This document shows, in pieces, positions 1 through 13,900 of a DNA stretch of 64,000 bases (positions within the stretch are counted from its first letter, which is position 1; each line of letters starts with the position of its first letter). The notes beneath the pieces are model-generated. The model saw nothing but the letters and a program-made list of their open reading frames with translations, had not been told where the DNA came from and did no database searches. The stretch covers positions 5,518,001 through 5,582,000 of the forward strand of contig JAYWIR010000003.1 in NCBI GenBank assembly GCA_036172245.1, given 5' to 3'. The DNA is from Raillietiella orientalis. Lineage: Eukaryota. The position numbers and the translations under genes are program-made.

Positions 1-3000
1 AGTCAACTACAAAAACGTCTATCCACTCACCAACGACTACATCGTCATCCACTCCTTCTTCCAAGGAAACTACGGGAAGCACCTATACAACCGATAAACA
101 CACGTCCCCCACCCAAACTACGCCCCACTCCACGGCACCGACTTCGAATCCGACGACCCCAGGAACTCTGAGCACACCCTCCAAGGAGTCGCATTCTAGT
201 GGGTCCGTCAGCAGCGGAACTGAATCGAATCCAAGCACAGTGAGTCCAACGCATACGTCGACTTCCTCCCATCGTTCCACCGAAACCCAGTCCTCTTGGT
301 CACCCTCGACGGGCAGTCATTCGTCTGCCTCCTCCAGTTCTGGCAATCACACCTCGTTGCCAACTAAATCCACGTCTACCCACCCCACTTCGACCACCTC
401 TGCATTCAACACCCAATCCACGGAATCTACAGGAAGCACCCATACCACACAATCCCAGTCCCCGTCCACCGAAACTTCGCCGCACTCATCCGCAACCAGT
501 GCATCGACGAGCTCACCGGGAACGCTGACCTCCACCACCACGCAGTCGCATTCTAGTCCGTCGGTCAGCAGCGGCACAGCATCGCATCCAACCACTGTGA
601 CTCCAACGCATACTTCGACTTCCTCCCATCGTTCCACCGAAACCCAGTCCTCTTGGTCACCGTCGACAGGCAGTCATTCGTCTGCCTCCTCCAGTTCTGG
701 CACTCACACCTCGTTGCCAACTCAATCCACCTCTATCCACCCAACTTCGACCACCTCTGCATTCACCACTCATTCCAAGGAATCTACAGGAAGCACCCAT
801 ACCACACAATCCCAGCCCCCCGTCCACCGAAACTTCGCCGCACTCATCCGCATCCACTGCATCCACGAGCTCTCCTGGAACGCTGACCTCGACCACCACG
901 GAGTCGCATTCTAGCTGTCCGTCGGGTGCAAGCAGCGGCACAGCATCGCATCCAACCACTGTGACTCCTAACGCATACGGCGACTTCCTCCCATCGTTCC
1001 ACTGAAACCAGTCCCTCTTGGTCACCGTCGACAGGCAGTCATTCTTCTGCCTCCTTCAGTTCTGGCACTCACACCTCGTTGCCAACTCAATCCACCTCTA
1101 CCCACCCAACTTCGACCACCTCTGCATTCACCACTCATTCCACGGAATCCACTGGAAGCACCCATACCACACAATCCCAGTCCCCGTCCACCGAAACTTC
1201 GCCCCACTCATCCGCATCCACTGCATCCACGAGCTCACCGGGAACGCTGACCTCGACCACCACGGAGTCGCATTTCCTAGTCCGCTCTGTCAGCAGCGGC
1301 AAGTACAGCATCGCATCCAACCTCTGTGACTCCAACGCATACGTCGACTTCTCCCATCGTTCCACCGAAACCCAGTCCTCTTGGTCACCGTCGACAGGCA
1401 GCCATTCGTCTGCCCTCTCCTCCAGTTCTTGGGCATCTACACCGTTTCCAACTCAATCCCACCCTTAGTGACCCAACTTCGACCACCTCTGCATTCACCA
1501 CTCATTCCACGGAATCTACAGGAAGCACCCATACCACCGAATCAGTCCCCGTCCACCGAAATTTCGCCGCACTCATCCGCATCCACTGCATCCACGAGCT
1601 CTCCGGGAACGCCGACCTCGACCACCACGGAAGTCGCATTCTAGTCCGTCGGCTTCCAGCAGCGGCACAGCATCGCATCCAACCTCTGTGACTCCAACGC
1701 ATACGTCGACTTCATCCCATCGTTCCTCCGAAACCCAGTCCTCTTGGTCACCGTCGACAGGCAGTCATTCGTCTGCCTCCTCCAGTTCTGGCACTCACAC
1801 CTCGTTGCCAACTCAATCCACCTCTACCCACCCAACTTCGACTTCACCTCTCTGCATCTTTACCACTCATTCCACGGAATCTGCAGGAGGAAGCACCCAT
1901 ACCACACAATCCCAGTCCCCGTCCACCGAAACTTCCCCGCACTCATCCGCATCCACTGCATCCACGAGCTCTCCTGGAACGCTGACCTCGACCACCACGG
2001 AGTCGCATTCTACTCCGTCCGTAAGCAGCGGCACAGCATCGCATCCAACCACTGTGACTCCTACGCATACGGCGACTTCCTCCCATCGTTCCACCGAAAC
2101 CCAGTCCTCTTGGTCACCGTCGACAGGCAGTCATTCGTCTGCCTCCTCCAGTTCTGGCACTCACACCTCGTTGCCAACTCAATCCACCTCTACATACCCA
2201 ACTTCGACCACCTCTGCATTCACCACTCATTCCACGGAATCTACAGGAAGCACCCATACCACCGAATCCCAGTCCCCGTCCACCGAAACTTCGCCGCACT
2301 CATCCGCATCCACTGCATCCACGAGCTCTCCGGGAACGCTGACCTCGACCACCACGGAGTCGCATTCTAGTCCGTCGGTCAGCAGCGGCACAGCATCGCA
2401 TCCAACCACTGTGACTCCAACGCATACGTCGACTTCCTCCCATCGTTCCTCCTCCGAAACTCCAGTCCTCTTAATACCGTCGACAGGCAGCTGGCCCGTC
2501 TGCCTCCTCCAGTTCTGGCACTCACACCTCGTTGCCAACTCAATCCACCTCTACCCACCCAACTTCGACCACCTCTGCATTCACCACTCATTCCACGGAA
2601 TCTACAGGAAGCACCCATACCACACAATCCCAGTCCCCGTCCACCGAAACTTCCCCACACTCATCCGCATCCACTGCATCCACGAGCTCTCCTGGAACGC
2701 TGACCTCGACAACTACGGAGTCGCATTCTAGTCCGTCGGTCAGCAGCGGCACAGCATCGCATCCAACCTCTGTGACTCCAACGCATACGTCGACTTCCCC
2801 TCCCATCGTTCCACCGAAACCCAGACCTCTTGGTCACCGTCGACAGGCAGCTTCGTCCCCTTCTGCCTCCTTCAGTTCTGGCACTCACACCTCGTTGCCA
2901 ACTCAATCCACCTCTACCACCCAACTTCGACCACCTCTGCATTCTCACCACTGGTCTGATGGTGGAATCCACTGGAAGCACCCATACCACACAATCCCAG

Positions 3001-6000
3001 TCCCCGTCCACCGAAACTTCGCCCCACTCATCCGCATCCACTGCATCCACGAGCTCACCGGGAACGCTGACCTCGACCACCACGGAGTCGCATTCTAGTC
3101 CGTCGGTCAGCAGCGGCACAGCATCGCATCCAACCTCTGTGACTCCAACGCATACGTCGACTTCCTCCCATCCTTCCACCGAAACCCAGTCCTCTTGGTC
3201 ACCGTCGACAGGCAGTCATTCGTCTGCCTCCTCCAGTTCTGGCACTCACACCTCGTTGCCAACTTTCCAATCCCACCTCTACCTACCCAACTTCGACCAC
3301 CTCGCATTCACCACTCATTCCACGGAATCTGGGGTTGGCGGAAGCACCCATACCACCGAATCCCAGTCCCTCGTCCACCGAAACTTCGCCGCACTCATAT
3401 CCGCATCCACTGCATCCACGAGCTCTCCGGGAACGCTGACCTCGACCACCACGGAGTCGTATTCTAGTCCGTCGGTCAGCAGCGGTAACATCGCATCCAA
3501 CCACTGTGACTCCAACGCATACGGCGACTTCCTCCCATCGTTCCACCGAAACCCAGTCCTCTTGGTCACCGTCGACAGGCAGTCATTCGTCTGCCTCCTC
3601 CAGTTCTGGCACTCACACCTCGTTGCCAACTCAATCCACCTCTACCCACCCAACTTCGACCACCTCTGCATTCACCACTCATTCCACGGAATCTACAGGA
3701 AGCACCCATACCACACAATCCCAGTCCCCGTCCATCGAAACTTCCCCACACTCATCCGCATCCACTGCATCCACGAGCTCTCCTGGAACGCTGACCTCGA
3801 CAACTACGGAGTCGCATTCTAGTCCGTCGGTCAGCAGCGGCACAGCATCGCATCCAACCTCTGTGACTCCAACGCATACGTCGACTTCCTCCCATCGTTC
3901 CACCGAAACCCAGTCCTCTTGGTCACCGTCGACAGGCAGTCATTCGTCTGCCTCCCCCCCTCCAGTTCTGGCACTCACACCTCGTTGCCAACTCAATCTA
4001 ACTCCTACCCACCCAACTTCGACCACCTCTACATTCACCACTTATTCCACGGAATCCACTGGAAGCACCCATACCACACAATCCCAGTCCCCGTCCACCG
4101 AAACTTCCCCGCACTCATCCGCATCCACTGCATCCACGAGCTCTCCGGGAACGCTGACCTCGACCACCACGGAGTCGCATTCTAGTCCGTCGGTCAGCAG
4201 CGGCACAGCATCGCATCCAACCACTGTGACTCCTACGCATACGGCGACTTCCTCCCATCGTTCCACCGAAACCCAGTCCTCTTGGTCACCGTCGACAGGC
4301 AGTCATTCTTCTGCCTCCTTCAGTTCTGGCACTCACACCTCGTTGCCAACTCAATCCACCTCTACCCACCCAACTTCGACCACCTCTGCATTCACCACTC
4401 ATTCCACGGAATCCACTGGAAGCACCCATACCACACAATCCCCAGTCCCCCGTCCACCGAAACTTCGCCCCACCTATCCGCATCCACTGCATCCACGAGC
4501 TCTCCGGGAACGCTGACCTCGACCACCACGGAGTCGCATTCTAGTCCGTCGGTCAGCAGCGGCACAGCATCGCATCCAACCTCTGTGACTCCAACGCATA
4601 CGTCGACTTCCTCCCATCGTTCCACCGAAACCCAGTCCTCTTGGTCACCGTCGACAGGCAGTCATTCGTCTGCCTCCTCCAGTTCTGGCACTCACACCTC
4701 GTTGCCAACTCAATCCACCTCTACCCACCCAACTTCGACCACCTCTGCATTCACCACTCATTCCACGGAATCTACAGGAAGCACCCATACCACCGAATCC
4801 CAGTCCCCGTCCACCGAAACTTCGCCGCACTCATCCGCATCCACTGCATCCACGAGCTCTCCGGGAACGCTGACCTCGACCACCACGGAGTCGCATTCTA
4901 GTCCGTCGGTCAGCAGCGGCACAGCACGTAATTCCAACCACTGTGACCCAACGCATACGGCGACTTCCTCCCATCGTTCCACCGAAACCCAGTCCTCTTG
5001 GTCACCGTCGACAGGCAGTCATTCCTCTGCCTCCTCCAGTTCTGGCACTCACACCTCGTTGCCAACTCAATCCACCTCTACCCACCCAACTTCGACCACC
5101 TCTGCATTCACCACTCATTCCACGGAATCTACGGGAAGCACCCATACCACACAATCCCAGTCCCCGTCCACCGAAACTTCGCCGCACTCATCCGCATCCA
5201 CTGCATCCACGAGCTCTCCGGGAACGCTGACCTCGACCACCACGGAGTCGCATTCTAGTCCGTCGGTCAGCAGCGGCACAGCATCGCATCCAACCACTGT
5301 GAATCCCTACGCATACGGCGACTTCTCCCATCGTCTCCACCGAAACCCAGTCCTCTTGGTCACCGTCGACAGGCAGTCATTCGTCTGCCTCCGCCAGTTC
5401 TGGCACTCACACCTCGTTGCCAACTAAACCCACCTCTGGGCCCCACCTAGCTTTGTAATCTTTTCATTCACCACTTATTCCACGGAATCCACTGGAAGCA
5501 CCCATACCACACAATCCCAGTCCCCGTCCACCGAAACTTCCCCGCACTCATCCGCATCCACTGCATCCACGAGCTCTCCGGGAACGCTGACCTCGACCAC
5601 CACGCAGTCGCATTCTAGTCCGTGTCGGTCAGCAGCGGCACAGCATCGCATCCAACCACTGTGATTCCTACGCATACGGCGACTTCTCCCATCGTTCCAC
5701 CGAAACCTGGTAGTCCTCTTGGTCACCTCGACATGGCAGTCATTCCTCTGCCTCCTCCAGTTCTGGCACTCACACCTCGTTGCCAACTCAATCCCCTCCT
5801 CTACCCACCCAACTTCGACTACCTCTGCATTCACCACTCATTCCACGGAATCTACGGGAAGCGCCCATACCACACAATCCCAGTCCCCGTCCACCGAAAC
5901 TTCGCCGCACTCATCCGCATCCACTGCACCACGAGCTCTCCGGGACGCTGAACTCCACCTCACCACGGAGTCGCATTCTAGTCCGTCGGTCAGCAGCGGC

Positions 6001-7952
6001 ACAGCATCGCATCCAACCACTGTGACTCCTACGCATACGGCGACTTCCTCCCATCGTTCCTCCGAAACCCAGTCCTCTTGGTCACCGTCGACAGGCAGTC
6101 ATTCGTCTTCCTCCTCCAGTTCTGGCACTCACACCTCGTTGCCAACTCAATCCACCTCTACCCACCCAACTTCGACCACCTCTGCATTCACCACTCATTC
6201 CACGGAATCCACTGGAAGCACCCATACCACACAATCCCAGTCCCCGTCCACCGAAACTTCGCCTCACTCATCCGCATCCACTGCATCCACGAGCTCTCCG
6301 GGAACGCTGACCTCGACCACCACGCAGTCGCATTCTAGTCCGTCGGTAAGCAGCGGCACAGCATCGCATCCAACCACTGTGACTCCTACGCATACGGCGA
6401 CTTCCTCCCATCGTTCCACCGAAACCCAGTCCTCTTGGTCACCCTCGACCGGCAGTCATTCCTCTGCCTCCTCCAGTTCTGGCACTCACACCTCGTTCCC
6501 GACTCAATCCTCCTCTACCCACCCAACTTCGACCACCTCTGCATTCACCACTCATTCCACGGAATCTACGGGAAGCACCCATACCACCCAATCCCAGTCC
6601 CCGTCCACCGAAACTTCGCCGCACTCATCCGCATCCACTGCATCCACGAGCTCTCCGGGAACGCTGACCTCGACCACCACGGAGTCGCATTCTAGTCCGT
6701 CGGTCAGCAGCGGCACAGCATCGCATCCAACCACTGTGACTCCAACGCATACGGCGACTTCCTCCCATCGTTCCACCGAAACCCAGTCCTCTTGGTCACC
6801 CTCGACAGGCAGTCATTCGTCTGCCTCCTCCACTTCTGGCACTCACACCTCGTTGCCAACTCAATCCACCTCTATCCACCCAACTTCGACCACCTCTGCA
6901 TTCACCACTCATTCCAAGGAATCTACAGGAAGCACCCATACCACACAATCCCAGCCCCCGTCCACCGAAACTTCGCCGCACTCATCCGCATCCACTGCAT
7001 CCACGAGCTCTCCTGGAACGCTGACCTCGACCACCACGGAGTCGCATTCTAGTCCGTCGGTAAGCAGCGGCACAGCATCGCATCCAACCACTGTGACTCC
7101 AACGCATACGGCGACTTCCTCCCATCGTTCCACCGAAACCCAGTCCTCTTGGTCACCGTCGACAGGCAGTCATTCGTCTGCCTCCTCCAGTTCTGGCACT
7201 CACACCTCGTTGCCAACTCAATCCACCTCTATCCACCCAACTTCGACCACCTCTGCATTCACCACTCATTCCAAGGAATCTACAGGAAGCACCCATACCA
7301 CACAATCCCAGCCCCCGTCCACCGAAACTTCGCCGCACTCATCCGCATCCACTGCATCCACGAGCTCTCCTGGAACGCTGACCTCGACCACCACGGAGTC
7401 GCATTCTAGTCCGTCGGTAAGCAGCGGCACAGCATCGCATCCAACCACTGTGACTCCAACGCATACGGCGACTTCCTCCCATCGTTCCACCGAAACCCAG
7501 TCCTCTTGGTCACCGTCGACAGGCAGTCATTCGTCTGCCTCCTCCAGTTCTGGCACTCACACCTCGTTGCCAACTCAATCCACCTCTACCCACCCAACTT
7601 CGACCACCTCTACATTCACCACTTATTCCACGGAATCCACTGGAAGCACCCATACCACACAATCCCAGTCCCCGTCCACCGAAACTTCCCCGCACTCATC
7701 CGCATCCACTGCATCCACGAGCTCTCCGGGAACGCTGACCTCGACCACCACGGAGTCGCATTCTCTAGTCCGTCGGTCAGCAGCGGCACAGCATCGCATC
7801 CAACCACTGTGACTCCTACGCATACGGCGACTTCCTCCCATCGTTCCACCGAAACCCAGTCCTCTTGGTCACCCTCGACAGGCAGTCATTCCTCTGCCTC
7901 CTCCAGTTCTGGCACTCACACCTCGTTGCCAACTCAATCCACCTCTACCCAC
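1..7952 (+). repeat. Coding tandem array, 357-bp unit, about 22 copies visible
   Basis: Equivalent ORF landmarks at 6078, 6435, 6792, 7149 and 7506 are exactly 357 bp apart. Unit: TPTHTATSSHRSTETQSSWSPSTGSH...SSGTASHPTTV. Confidence 0.97.
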
Positions 7953-8946
7953 NNNNNNNNNNNNNNNNNNNNNNNNNNNNNNNNNNNNNNNNNNNNNNNN
8001 NNNNNNNNNNNNNNNNNNNNNNNNNNNNNNNNNNNNNNNNNNNNNNNNNAACTACGTTTTCTCCAACGGAAACGTCGACTGCTTCTAATGGTTCCACGGA
8101 AACCCATTCATCGTGGTCATGTTCGACAACGAGCCATTCTTTTCCATCGACTTCCTTGAGCACTCCATCGACATTGTCCCCAACAGTGATTTCTACCTCT
8201 TCTACCCCTACAATCTCTTCAGTTGTTTCTTCTGAGTCTTCTGTTACACCTTCAATTTCTTCTTCTGTTTCTTCGCCTTCTAGTTCGTCTTCTAGTTTAT
8301 CTAGTGTGACCACTCCTGTTGCCCCTGTGTCTCCCGCTGATTTTTCCTTTTTCCTTGATTCTTTGTTGGAACTTTTAATTAATTTGGAAAGGTTTTTGTT
8401 CCGTGAGACTTATTCGTTGCCTCTTCCTAAAGCGTATGCTTATAAGGTTTTTAATTTGAATGAGGTTTACTTTGGTTTATTTAATGGTTTGTATTCTTCC
8501 TTTTATGAATCGGCGCAGGATTCTTTTTGGCGTGGAAATTTGCAGGATTTGTATTCTGATTTTGACGGGTAAGTTGATTTTTTTGCTTATTTTTTTTTGT
8601 GGTTTTAGGTTATGTGGTTTTTGTTTTGCCTTGTTGATTGGTTGTACCAATGTTTTTTTCTTTGCTTTTTGGTTGGTCTTATTCTTTTTCCTTCTGTTTA
8701 GGTTGCTGTCTTTTTGTTTGTATGTTGTTTGGCTTGGTTTTGCCTTTTCTTTGATTTCATTTTATTTTTCTTTTTATTGTTTTTAGGTTCATGTCGGACC
8801 TGAGTTTCAAGTTTGTTGAATTCCGAACCAAGTTGCTGGAAAGTTTGGAACCTATTGGAATAAGAGACGATTTTATTCCTCTGTTTATGTCGGATTGTTT
8901 GCAAGACATGGAACAACTTTTTCACATGTTGATTCTCCCCTCATGA
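1..8946 (+). CDS. Large mucin-like Ser/Thr/His/Pro-rich protein, 5' end outside the window. Repeat exon runs to 8568, intron 8569-8786, last exon 8787-8946
   Basis: Frame 3 is open from base 3 with S/T-rich units, and 119-aa units recur to 7952. After the N gap the sequence continues S/T-rich into a non-repetitive tail (...DLYSDFDG). Donor GG|GTAAGT at 8569 and acceptor TTTTAG at 8786 give in-frame FMSDLSFKFVEFRTKLL...MLILPS* (TGA 8944-8946). Scattered indels in the repeats are probably consensus errors. Confidence 0.85.
7953..8049. other. Assembly gap (N run) at the end of the tandem array
   Basis: 97 N characters, so the true repeat copy number is unknown. Confidence 1.
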
Positions 8947-8975
8947 TTGTTCATTTTGTTGTAATTTTAATATTT

Positions 8976-8981
8976 AATAAA
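8976..8981 (+). terminator. Polyadenylation signal of the mucin-like gene
   Basis: AATAAA about 30 nt after the stop codon, followed by a T-rich tract. Confidence 0.7.
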
Positions 8982-10989
8982 GTTATCGTTTTTTTTTTTT
9001 TTTCTAATTTTTATTTATTTGGCTCAGTAGTTTGCTAAGGTGAATTTTGTCTTTCTTGAATGTGTCTTTGGTTTGTTTGTGGGTTTTTTTTTTGTTAATA
9101 TCGTTGCAGTTTTTGTTTTGGTTTTTGTTTGGTTTTTGTGTTTTGGATTCTTCGATTTCATCTGCCAATCGCCTTTAGAAGTTCAATTGCTTTTTTTCTT
9201 TTTGTTTATTGTTCCGGCAATCTGCTCTCCAGAATCGAACTTTTTTCTTGATTTCATGTCAGTTGTACTTTTTGTATATATATTTTTGGTTTGTTTGTTA
9301 TTTGTTTTGTTTGGTTTTCCTGCCGTTTCTGTGTACTCACTTATTTATGTCGTTTTTTTTGTCATTATCTGTTTGTTGTTTACTTGCTTTTCAGGTCCGT
9401 TATATCCTATCTCGTACTTTGAATATTTCTCTGTGGCTGATCTACTTTAGTTTATTATTGTATTTAATTTTTTGTTTGTTTGAAAGTTGTGCCTTGGTCT
9501 GTTTTGTTTATTTCTTCTAGATTTTGGTCTGCTTGGTGCTTTAAAGAGTTTTCTATGAAATTATTTGTCAGCTGTTTCATTTTTTGTGCTTGTCATTTTT
9601 AATGTTCAAATTCTTGACTCCGGGTTCGGTTGGTTTTGGGGGTATAAATCGGTTGTTTGCATTTTAATTGTACGTCTCTATTTTGTTGTTTCATTATCTG
9701 ATGTATGAAGGGTTGTTTTTCTCTTTATTTCTTGTTTGCGAGTCCTATATAATATTGGATGCTTGTCTTTTTGAGCTAATTCGTGAGTTCCTGTTTCGGA
9801 TTCATATTTGAAATTGGAATTACCGATGCGATTCTGTTCATTTGTACTGTTTACTTCTTTTTTCATATGTGTTTCCTAATTTGTTTACATGTTGCATGTG
9901 TTTTGAATACTATAGTATGAGTTTCCAGAATTTTTGATTGATGTTATTTGTTACTTGGTTATTCATTTCATTGGAATGTTCGATTTGAATTTTTTCATAA
10001 TCATTATTTTTCATTTGTTTGAATGATTGACGAACGTTTTTTTAATTATTTGATTTTGAATAGTTTGTTTCGTATCACCATTAGTAGGTGATGTTATTCA
10101 TATAGTCTCCTTTAGTATTTTTATTTACTGGTATTCAGATGCGAGTTGTTGACTTGTTTCGTGTGCTTGATTTATTTAATCAATACTGATTCTTTTTGGG
10201 GATGATTTCTCGCTGCAAATTCCTAATTGTTTTTGTAAGCATAGTTAGTTTTTTAAGTTTCTGGTTTTGAATGAATATTCTTATCATGAGAATGAAATCA
10301 CATATGGATTTCTGCCTTATGGATAAACAAGATGAATTCCCTTTTCCCTTACTGTTTCAAATATATATATATTGTTTAATCGTCAAATGCTCTAATTTTG
10401 CAAATGGGTTCTTATAAAAGCTTGCAGCTGCTCTTCAAAGATTTTCAGTTTCATTTTTCTTCTGTGATTCATTTGGATACTTATTGTTGGTATTCATAGT
10501 TTCTTGTTCTCATGTATGAATGTCCTTTCAGCCAAATTTGGCCATGTGTTATCAAAAAGGTTTCTTGTCTAATGCTAATTTTAGATTCGGACAAAATGAA
10601 GCCATAGTATCTAAAGAATCTTTAATTATTACGACTTCAGAGAAAAATGCCGTGCCTTGAGAGTAATGTTGACTTTGTTGATTTTTCTTTTCTTGAATAC
10701 CTAGTTTTTTTCATTGGTTGAATGAGTATTTGGAATTATTGTCATGAATCAATTACTAGACCATAGTTATGCATGTGTATGCACTTTCTCAAACATGTTT
10801 GCAGAATACATAAATGTTTGGAATATTCAAAATGTCATTTCTTAGGCCTTTACTGTACTGTTATGGGGCAATAGCTTTCTTCATTGCTTTCCAAGTTATT
10901 AGACTGCACTCTATGTGTAGCATAATGTTTGAGTGGTTTTCATGATTGTAAGATATATTAAAGGTTTTCCACTGAATCATCAGGAGAGC

Positions 10990-12080
10990 ATCCCTTGCTT
11001 TTGGACAGTTTGAGTGCCTTTTCAATGCCCTTCCTTGAGGCTGTTGTGCATGTAGTGAAGTCTGAGAGGCACAAGTATGTTGTAAGATATCATCCATTCC
11101 TGGTAACTTGTTGTGTTAGGGAGCTCAATGTAGTTGTGTTCCTCCCGATTATTCATTCCACCTCTCTGTTCCTCTCTGTAATTTAAGAAAACTTTTATTC
11201 TGTAGAAATTGGTGCTAGTATGGAAATTTAGTGGGATTTGTAAATTATGTCTGATGTAGAAGGCCTTTCGTTCTGAAGACGAAATTTCTTAATGCATCCT
11301 TTATATTCTTCCTGTCACTTATTGGGAATATTGAAAACAGGTCTCTCATGATTGGTATTGTTTCAGTCTGTTGCTTGAACTGCCTCCATGTTTATTTGTA
11401 GGAGGCAGTTGTTGTTGTTGTTGTTGTGTAAACAAACAAGGCTGTGCAACAGCTGTATTGTAGGAACCTCAATGGTGGACATTACCAGCAGTAGACCATA
11501 TCCTTAGACATAGCTTTTCATACAAAAGAAATTATGAATCTCCTTTTAAAAGTGAAGTTAGTAGCTGCACTTCATTCACAGAAAGCTGTTAAACTAAAAG
11601 ATATGAAATACACCTCCATGCTCTGGTACCTGGTTTACTGTCGGCACACTTCATCAGTGAGAAGTCTTGAATAACCTACTTAAAATCTTGGCACTCTTAT
11701 GCTGTGGATCCGAAAATACATCTCAAGGGAATTTCCGATCTGGATGTATTTCACCAGAAATACTCGTATTTTGCATGCAGTTCTACCTTCTACTTGATGG
11801 AGCAAAACATCACAGAAAATGAGTAGAAATACCACTATTCCAGGGAAACAAAATCACAACCAAAAGCACCTCAATGTCATGTGAAGGACAGCAGTATCTT
11901 AACAAACACCCTTATGGTTTTGTTGTTGGAGATAGAGATGATGAACTGGCTTGATGGAACTTTGCTTCTTTTTCTTGAATCAGAAACTCGACATCAACTG
12001 GTATTCTTTTGAATAACTGGCAAAGAAAGTTGGGCATCCTGGTTTGCAGACTCCTTGTAGGTGGACACTCGGCTGCTTCC
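10990..12080 (+). pseudogene. Highly decayed narnavirus-like RdRp relic
   Basis: Ordered remnants: QLSAF/NALP (11006), GASME (11211), LKVKLV (motif F-like, 11546), VVGD(RD)DEL at 11928 (GDD with a 6-nt duplication), LGI..RLLVGG (about 12030). Confidence 0.35.
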
Positions 12081-12779
12081 CATTGAGTTGCTGAGCCAAA
12101 GATTTTCTATATGAACAAGGATGACCATAAACCAAGCAGTTATTTATGGAGTGTATGTTTGAAAGCGTCGGAACGATGGCCATTGACTTTGAATAGGGCT
12201 CAATGGAGAAGTGGAAGTGGCCCTTTGGGAAAGGCTTAATTTCTAACTATTGGCAAATACTCCTTCACTTATTTTTCAAATTCTGGGAATCATTTAGGCA
12301 GATGCACTAGCTCTCAAAATACTTTAGTTTCCCGAAAGTTGGTTTTGTTTTCTTGCTTTGAAATACTTGGGCAAAGATGTGTAGCATAATATCTTCTGAA
12401 ATCAAATCCCAATCTTCAGCACTCATACTGTATAAATGATAGAAACTAGAAGAATATCTGTTTGGTAATGTCCAAACTACGTTACATGACGGATATTGAT
12501 TATTTAATAATATTAATGGAAGAACTTGAAATCAGTCTCTAGAGAATTCATGAATACAAGTGGTGACTTTCCTAAAATACCTCCTCCCCGGCTTGCAATA
12601 AAAATTAAGGTCTGCAGAAACGGGGTAGATCTCCATAAATTTACCAACATGGTATTAGTTAACCATGTTGATACTACCATCCAAGGATTTTTTTTTTTTT
12701 TTTTTTTCTTCACTCCAATTTACGTTTTAAATCTCTGATTTCACAGCTCAACTTATGAATATTGCAATATACCGCGTTG

Positions 12780-13900
12780 GCAGCCTTGCGGTATTCCCAA
12801 AGAAAAAGCTTGAAAAAAGACGAGCGACGTTATTATGCCACTTTCGTTGGAAGAAATATTTCCACAGATCCAGTCCGATCAGGAAAAGGAATTCGTAGAA
12901 GGTTCCTTCATGACACGACAGTGCGTCCACGAGTAATCTCACTCGATTATTCATTGCACCTTTTGTACACACGTTGTGTTGAGCTCGCGTTTCCTGTATT
13001 TGATGCAAAAGTACCATGTGAGAAACAACAGTGTCGACAAGTAGAGGTAATCTGTATGTAATTTGCGTCGTTGGATCCTCTTTGCTTTCCTGCAAGATAT
13101 CATGCAGTCCGATTCCCACTTAACTTCCAAGGTATTCCTGCCAACTTCCAGGTGCTCTTGGTCTGCTTTCACATAAGGAGGAATCCTTCTTGTGTGAAAG
13201 CAGACCAAAGGCAATAAAACAGTTCTGAGAATTGAGAGTGTGAGCTATTTATTCTTCTCCTGTGATGAAGCGTGTTGTGTACAAAGCTCAGCATTCAGTG
13301 TGAGCACAAGCATTCATAATTTATGATGTGAGACTGTGAATAATAATATGCATAAGAAGATAGGTTCGCCCTTTACAAAAACATATCTGTATCCAATTCA
13401 CAGTATGGTTCTGGCGCTGCTTCATGATAAAATAAAAACCACAGCCCTCAGCCTGTTCGTGCTTGACTTTCATGAGTAACATTGGTGAGGCTGCTTTGCC
13501 TTTTTATGCCTTGGGAAATTCGGGATTCGATCATTGGTAAAATGATAGCATCGTCACAATGATCAAAAATATTCCAAATAAGCGAGGATTCATCGTCATT
13601 CCCGAAATAAGTTGCTGTTCGTCTTCGAGTCATCTTACTGCTTGCATTTCATTTCACTCATTATGTTTCCTTCGTTGAACTGACCACAATGAATTGCTCC
13701 TCGCAACACACATGCAGTTCTCTTTGATGGAATTTGAAACGAGGAGCGAAGGCTGTCCGTTTGTACAATTTTTTGCCGTGCTTGTACTTTGTACTTTTCT
13801 GGGTGATATTTCATCTGCTTTCGATACTCGTGATCCTACTGCTGGAAGATTTCGAGATTCCCTTCTGGTCCGTCCGACGTATCCGCAGGGTGGCTCGGGA
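12780..13900 (+). pseudogene. Highly decayed narnavirus-like RdRp relic
   Basis: IRRRFL..PRV (about 12890), FASLD (A-like, about 13062), T*GGILL..QTK (B-like, 13171), C/D-like remnants, PQGGSG (13883). Confidence 0.4.

Noticed and set aside
800..5960. Many frameshifts in the mucin repeats, suggesting a pseudogene or programmed frameshifting
   Set aside because: The indels are sporadic, differ per unit, cluster in one part of an array that ends in a gap, and are absent from about 6000-7700. Low-coverage consensus error is the simplest explanation.
45..7849. Recurrent alternative-frame and antisense ORFs (MVTVDRQ..., MERWEEV...)
   Set aside because: By-products of the 357-bp repeat and its biased codon content.
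1..7952. CRISPR-like or satellite array
   Set aside because: No unique spacers. The unit length is a multiple of 3 and encodes a coherent S/T-rich peptide.
8460..9520. Hydrophobic F/L/V-rich ORFs resembling membrane proteins
   Set aside because: Artefacts of T-rich intron and 3' flank sequence.
11266..11290. Hammerhead ribozyme core (CTGAAGA-C-GAAA)
   Set aside because: No stem II or compatible stems I and III. Other CTGATGA hits also lack the fold.
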